From positions 1 through 52,991 of the forward strand of contig JAHIVA010000021.1 in assembly GCA_018816985.1 (NCBI GenBank): DNA of 52,991 nucleotides, read 5' to 3'. Shown in pieces: positions 48,613 to 52,991 of the stretch. The notes under the pieces are model-generated. The model made no database searches. It was given only the letters and a program-made list of their open reading frames with translations, and was not told the DNA's origin. Both the position numbers and the translations under genes were made by a program. Source of the DNA: Patescibacteria group bacterium. Its GTDB lineage: Bacteria; Patescibacteriota; Minisyncoccia; Phycocordibacterales; UBA9973. Numbering within the stretch: position 1 is the stretch's first letter; the number at the start of each line of letters is the position of its first letter.

Positions 48613-49098
48613 ATGGAGAACACAGCCCTTGATCACTTAATAGCGTTTTTGCTTTCTGCCCGTTCAACAAGAATATACAGAAAAATATTGTGGGTTAGAA
48701 TGCAGGCTAGGCAAAAATCCATGAACGCCGGATCTTTTAATCAACACATTTATCGTTTGCATAAAAAGGGAATTATTGAGTCTAGAGACGGCAAAATTCA
48801 TATCCATAGAGAAAATCTTTTAAAATTTTCGGCGAAAAATAATTCAATGAAAAATTCAGTGATGAAAAGCATTTTTCCAACTAAAACCGAAAAAATCTTG
48901 ATATCTTTCGACATACCGGAGAAAAAGAAAAAAACCAGGGATTGGCTTAGAAATCAAATAAAATATTGGGATTTTGAAATGATTCACAAAAGCTTATGGC
49001 TTGGGTATGGTCCTTTACCTAAAGAATTTAATGATAGGTTAAAACAACTTGGTATTGAAAAAAATGTCAGAATATTTAAAATTAAAAAAGTGACATAA
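48613..49098 (+). CDS. PaaX-like protein: wHTH plus Cas2-like ferredoxin domain
   Basis: Start moved to MENTAL (48613); IYRLHKKGII wHTH; LISFDIPE...RDWLR...FEMIHKSLW. Confidence 0.8.
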   Translation: MENTALDHLIAFLLSARSTRIYRKILWVRMQARQKSMNAGSFNQHIYRLHKKGIIESRDGKIHIHRENLLKFSAKNNSMKNSVMKSIFPTKTEKILISFDIPEKKKKTRDWLRNQIKYWDFEMIHKSLWLGYGPLPKEFNDRLKQLGIEKNVRIFKIKKVT

Positions 49099-49128
49099 CA
49101 TTCTATCGCGATCGCGAAGAGGTGTTAT
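49095..49128. repeat. 34-bp imperfect palindrome, right flank of the PaaX/Cas2-like gene
   Basis: ATAACA-TTCTA-TCGCGATCGCGA-AGAGG-TGTTAT; contains the stop TAA (49096-49098). Confidence 0.85.
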
Positions 49129-49165
49129 AGTAGTGGGTGGGGAAAGAATGTGATAAAATGAAAAG

Positions 49166-49579
49166 ATGAAAACTATTTTAGTTGATGCGATATACGGCTT
49201 TGTTCAAGTTATAAATAATAAATTAACGGGCAAAGATGAATATTTGATTTTTCAAAAAATGTACGAACTTCTTGAAAAATATCCAAATAAAAAAATAATT
49301 TTAACTGGGGCATATGATGAACAGATGGTTAAATTTGGGTTAAATAATATGCCTTATCCTGTTTTTACTCTAAAACATAATCCAGAAAAAACGAATCCAG
49401 AATACTATAATGTAATGCTAAAAAATTTTAATTTAAATAAAAATGAGGTAATTTATTTTGAACATGATATTGACGCAATAAGAAGCGCTGAATCTGTTGG
49501 GATTAATACTTATTATTACGACAAGGATAAAAAAGATTTAGAAAGTTTAAAAGAGTTTCTTGATGAAAATTTAAAATAA
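49166..49579 (+). CDS. HAD-superfamily-like small protein
   Basis: KTILVDA motif I-like, ILT, K..PEYY, VIYFEH...AESVGI. Confidence 0.65.
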   Translation: MKTILVDAIYGFVQVINNKLTGKDEYLIFQKMYELLEKYPNKKIILTGAYDEQMVKFGLNNMPYPVFTLKHNPEKTNPEYYNVMLKNFNLNKNEVIYFEHDIDAIRSAESVGINTYYYDKDKKDLESLKEFLDENLK

Positions 49580-49580
49580 A

Positions 49581-50162
49581 ATGCACCACATTTATCACAC
49601 CGAAGGGTTAATACTAGGTAGTAAGAATTTTGGGGAAGCGGGAAAGTATTATTATATTTTTACCCGTGACTTAGGGATGGTTTATGCCTCGGCTCAGGGT
49701 GTACGTAAAATGTCTTCTAAATTACGTTTTGTTCTACAAGATTTTTCCTATATTAAGTTGGATTTAGTTCAAGGTAAAGATTTCTGGAGAATTACCAGTG
49801 CCGGGAAGACAAATAAACTAGAGCGATTGACTAAAAATCACGGAACTTTTGCAGTTTTTTTTAATATTGCAAAATTATTAAAAAGGCTATTGGTAGGAAT
49901 TGAATGCAATGAGATTTTATTTATTGAATTAATTAATAGTTTATCTGTTTTGGAAAAAACTGAGGCCAGAGAAGATTTGCAAAATCTTGAAGCAATTATT
50001 GTCTTAAGAATCCTTAACAATTTAGGATATATCGGTGGGAATGAGATATTGCAAAATCTTATTAAATCTCCATTTGAAGAGAATTTAATATTTGAATTTT
50101 CAAAGGCCAGGTCTCAAGTGTTGCGGCAAATTAATCAGGCTCTTAAGGAAACACATTTGTAA
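49581..50162 (+). CDS. recO: DNA repair protein RecO
   Basis: TEGLILG...GEA...IFTRDLG...AQGVRKMSSKL N-terminal OB fold; LGY in the helical domain. Confidence 0.85.
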   Translation: MHHIYHTEGLILGSKNFGEAGKYYYIFTRDLGMVYASAQGVRKMSSKLRFVLQDFSYIKLDLVQGKDFWRITSAGKTNKLERLTKNHGTFAVFFNIAKLLKRLLVGIECNEILFIELINSLSVLEKTEAREDLQNLEAIIVLRILNNLGYIGGNEILQNLIKSPFEENLIFEFSKARSQVLRQINQALKETHL

Positions 50163-50230
50163 AAATATCTTTACTTGTTTGGGGAAAGATAGATTTTTAA
50201 AATTTTCCCTGAGATGCTACAATTACATAT

Positions 50231-52168
50231 ATGTCCTTGGATGACATGAATAAGCTTAATAGGCTTGAGGAATTAAAAAATAAACTTTTTAGTAAAAATT
50301 ATCAGACTCAGATAGAGCATCGGGATGTTTTTTCTTCTTTACCTGGGAAGGCAAATAAAATAGCGGATTCTTGGAAAGCGGGAGAAAAAGCAGGATTCAA
50401 CGCGGAAGAAAAATTTTTTATGAAAACATCTAAATTTAAGAAATTTTTTATTTTTTCAGTAATTTTTTTTGTTTTAGCTTTAGGTTATGCGGCTTATGTT
50501 TTTTTTGCTGGAGGAAACACTGTTTCTAATGACAATATAGATATTTCTATTCTTGGAAATAATTTTACGGCCGGGGGCGAAGAGCTTCCTCTAATTATTG
50601 GAATTGTTAATAGAAATAATTCGGCGCTTGATTTAGTTGATCTGGTTATGGAATATCCTAAAGGTGGAGTGACTAATCTGTCCTCAGACACCGAACATTT
50701 TCGTATGTCTATAGGGACAATTCCGGCTGGAGCGGTCCGAAATGAAAATCTAAAAGTAATGCTCTTTGGAGAACAAGGAAGTGTTCGTCCGATAAAGATA
50801 ACTATTGAATATCGGGTAACGGGTTCAAATGCTATTTTTGTAAAAGAAAAAATTTATGAAATAACCATTACTTCTACTCCAATTAATCTTACAGTAGATG
50901 CTCCTACGGAAATAAGCCCTAATCAGAATATTACTCTGAATATAAAAGCATCCCTAAATGCTACCAAGGCGATTCCTAAAATACTGGTTAAAATTGATTA
51001 TCCACCTGGGTTTACTTTTATAAAATCTGTCCCTGGGCCTTCTTTTGGCAATAATGTTTGGAATTTGGGTGATATCGCTCCCGGAGCAGAACAGGCTATT
51101 TCTATCTCTGGAAAAATGGTTGATGTTTTTGATGGAGAAGAAAAAACTTTTAATATTTCAAGCGGATCGCAATCAAATATAGATAAATCTATGATTGATG
51201 TTATTTTTAATTCTGTTAAGAGTGTGGTTGCGATTAAAAAACCCTTTATTGAAGCAAATCTATCCATTAATGGTATATCTCAAAGAGAATATGCAGTAGA
51301 CTCTAAAACACCCATTCGGGCAGAAATTCTTTATGTAAATAATTTAGACACTAAAGTAGATAATTTACAAATAAGAGTAAATATTTCTGGGAATGCTTTT
51401 AATCGCAAAACAATAATTGCTCAACAAGGTTTTTATGATTCTTCAAAAGATACAATTACTTGGGACAAGAATTCCCAAAGTCAATTAAAAGAAATAAATC
51501 CCGGGGATTTTGGTTCCGTGGTGTTTTCTATTTCTCCACTTTCATTGTTTTCTCCTTCTGGTGGAATGTTAACGAATCCTTCTATTAATATAGAAATAAG
51601 TATCTCTGGTCAACAGGCCGTTGAAGGTTCTGTTGTTGACGAACTTAACAATTCAACTGGAGCGGTTGTTCGTATTATTTCAGACATCGGTTTTTCTGGG
51701 AAAGCGCTTTACAATTCAGGACCCTTTATTAATACTGGTCCAATTCCTCCAAAAGCTGAAAAATTAACAACCTATACTATCGTTTGGACTCTTTCTAATA
51801 CTGCCAATAATATTTCAAAAGCACAAATAAATTCCACCTTACCTTCTTGGGTGACTTTTGTCGGGCCAATTTCCCCTGAGGAAGAAAATTTGATTTACAA
51901 TTCTTTAACTAAAGAAATAATCTGGAAAGTGGATAAGATACCAAAAGGTTCAGGGATTACCGGTCCTGCTCGTAGTGTTTCTTTTCAAATTTCTTTTAAA
52001 CCTTCGCTTTCTCAAGTTGGCACAATGCCGATTATTATAAATGATGCAATTTTGACTGGACATGATGATTTTGCTAATGTGGATGTGACGGTAAGGAAAA
52101 TATGGCTTAATACAAATCTTGAAAATGATTTAGCCTTTCCTGCTGGTGGAGGTGTGGTGGTGAATTAA
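50231..52168 (+). CDS. Membrane-anchored protein with multiple Ig-like (DUF11-like) domains
   Basis: Single TM near residues 72-93, then beta-rich repeats (YPPGFTFIKSVP...WNLGDI; TYTIVWTLSN...LPSWVTF). Confidence 0.75.
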   Translation: MSLDDMNKLNRLEELKNKLFSKNYQTQIEHRDVFSSLPGKANKIADSWKAGEKAGFNAEEKFFMKTSKFKKFFIFSVIFFVLALGYAAYVFFAGGNTVSNDNIDISILGNNFTAGGEELPLIIGIVNRNNSALDLVDLVMEYPKGGVTNLSSDTEHFRMSIGTIPAGAVRNENLKVMLFGEQGSVRPIKITIEYRVTGSNAIFVKEKIYEITITSTPINLTVDAPTEISPNQNITLNIKASLNATKAIPKILVKIDYPPGFTFIKSVPGPSFGNNVWNLGDIAPGAEQAISISGKMVDVFDGEEKTFNISSGSQSNIDKSMIDVIFNSVKSVVAIKKPFIEANLSINGISQREYAVDSKTPIRAEILYVNNLDTKVDNLQIRVNISGNAFNRKTIIAQQGFYDSSKDTITWDKNSQSQLKEINPGDFGSVVFSISPLSLFSPSGGMLTNPSINIEISISGQQAVEGSVVDELNNSTGAVVRIISDIGFSGKALYNSGPFINTGPIPPKAEKLTTYTIVWTLSNTANNISKAQINSTLPSWVTFVGPISPEEENLIYNSLTKEIIWKVDKIPKGSGITGPARSVSFQISFKPSLSQVGTMPIIINDAILTGHDDFANVDVTVRKIWLNTNLENDLAFPAGGGVVVN

Positions 52169-52185
52169 TTGAATGAATTTATAAT

Positions 52186-52991
52186 ATGAAAGAAGAAAAA
52201 AATAAAAAAGAAAATAAAGAGTTGGGCTTGATGGAAAAAATAGTTTCCCTTTGTAAAAGGCGTGGCTTTGTTTTTCAAGGTTCAGAAATATATGGAGGAT
52301 TGGCTGGGACTTACGATTGGGGGCATTTCGGAGTTGCCTTGAAAAATAATATAAAACAAAGTTGGTGGAAAAAATTTGTGGATGGCCGAAAAGATATGTA
52401 CGGTGTTGATGCGGCGATTTTAATGAGGCAGGAAGTTTGGCAAGCAACCGGACATGTGGCTAATTTTGCGGACCCGTTTGATGGAAAGCAATTTAATACA
52501 ATGCTAAAGACGCAAGTTGGTGCAGGGGAAGAAGCGACTACTTCATATTTGCGTCCCGAAACTGCCCAGGGTATGTTTGTAAATTTTAAAAACATAATAG
52601 ATTTTTTTCATCCGAAACTTCCTTTTGGTATGGCGCAAATTGGTAAAGCCTTTAGAAACGAAATTGCTCCGCGAGATTTTCTTTTCCGTCAACGCGAATT
52701 TGAACAAATGGAAATAGAATACTTTGTTCGTTCGGATGACTGGGAGAAATATTTTAAATATTGGAAAGGTGAGATGCTTGATTGGATGGAAGAAGTAGGT
52801 ATTGACATGGGGAAAGTATATGAACTTGAGGTTGAAGATGCTGATCGAGCTCATTACTCAAAAAGAACAATTGATTTTCAATTTGATTTTCCCTTTGGGC
52901 GAAATGAACTTTTTGGGTTAGCTTATAGGACTGATTTTGATTTAAAGACCCATAAACTTGAATATATTGATGAGGAAAAAGGAGAAAAGAT
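52186..52991 (+). CDS. glyQS: Glycine--tRNA ligase, alpha2 type (partial, runs off the window end)
   Basis: Manual translation: MEKIVSLCKRRGFVFQGSEIYGG, YLRPETAQG, AQIGKAFRNEI, REFEQMEIEYF. Confidence 0.93.
   Translation, partial: MKEEKNKKENKELGLMEKIVSLCKRRGFVFQGSEIYGGLAGTYDWGHFGVALKNNIKQSWWKKFVDGRKDMYGVDAAILMRQEVWQATGHVANFADPFDGKQFNTMLKTQVGAGEEATTSYLRPETAQGMFVNFKNIIDFFHPKLPFGMAQIGKAFRNEIAPRDFLFRQREFEQMEIEYFVRSDDWEKYFKYWKGEMLDWMEEVGIDMGKVYELEVEDADRAHYSKRTIDFQFDFPFGRNELFGLAYRTDFDLKTHKLEYIDEEKGEK

Noticed and set aside
48613..49098. CRISPR-associated cas2
   Set aside because: It has an N-terminal wHTH, and there is no cas1 or array nearby. It fits a PaaX-like solo gene.

Overview
AT-rich (~35% GC by eye) chromosomal segment that most resembles a Patescibacteria/CPR (Parcubacteria-like) genome, inferred from the FKBP-less trigger factor, split ComEC, domain-fused IleRS, type IV pilus genes and giant Cys-rich surface proteins. 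In order it holds: a partial TSP1-repeat surface protein; a complete de novo pyrimidine pathway (pyrD, E, F, C, carAB, pyrB); tig, hppA, nusA; lnt flanked by GC-rich lipoprotein genes; two giant mosaic surface proteins; pilB, pilC and minor pilins; tpiA, pgk, HIT, recJ, rnhA; a RAYT-like transposase; GNAT; comEC; glyA, SDR, tmk, dut, argS, ileS; a PaaX/Cas2-like gene; HAD; recO; a membrane Ig-like protein; and partial glyQS. I saw no rRNA, tRNA or CRISPR array. Main unexpected observations: (1) a solo wHTH-Cas2/PaaX-like gene bracketed by two 34-bp palindromes that overlap its promoter and contain its stop codon, the same layout as the RAYT gene 12 kb upstream; (2) one CARDB domain split between two different surface-protein genes; (3) two expression regimes, with apparently leaderless AT-rich genes versus GC-rich secreted-protein islets that have -35 boxes, SD sites and a shared terminator stem; (4) IleRS with an inserted histidine phosphatase and a C-terminal HD domain; (5) short repeats inserted in frame in housekeeping genes; (6) candidate attenuators before pyrC and nusA. 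All calls come from reading the sequence by eye; no database searches were run.
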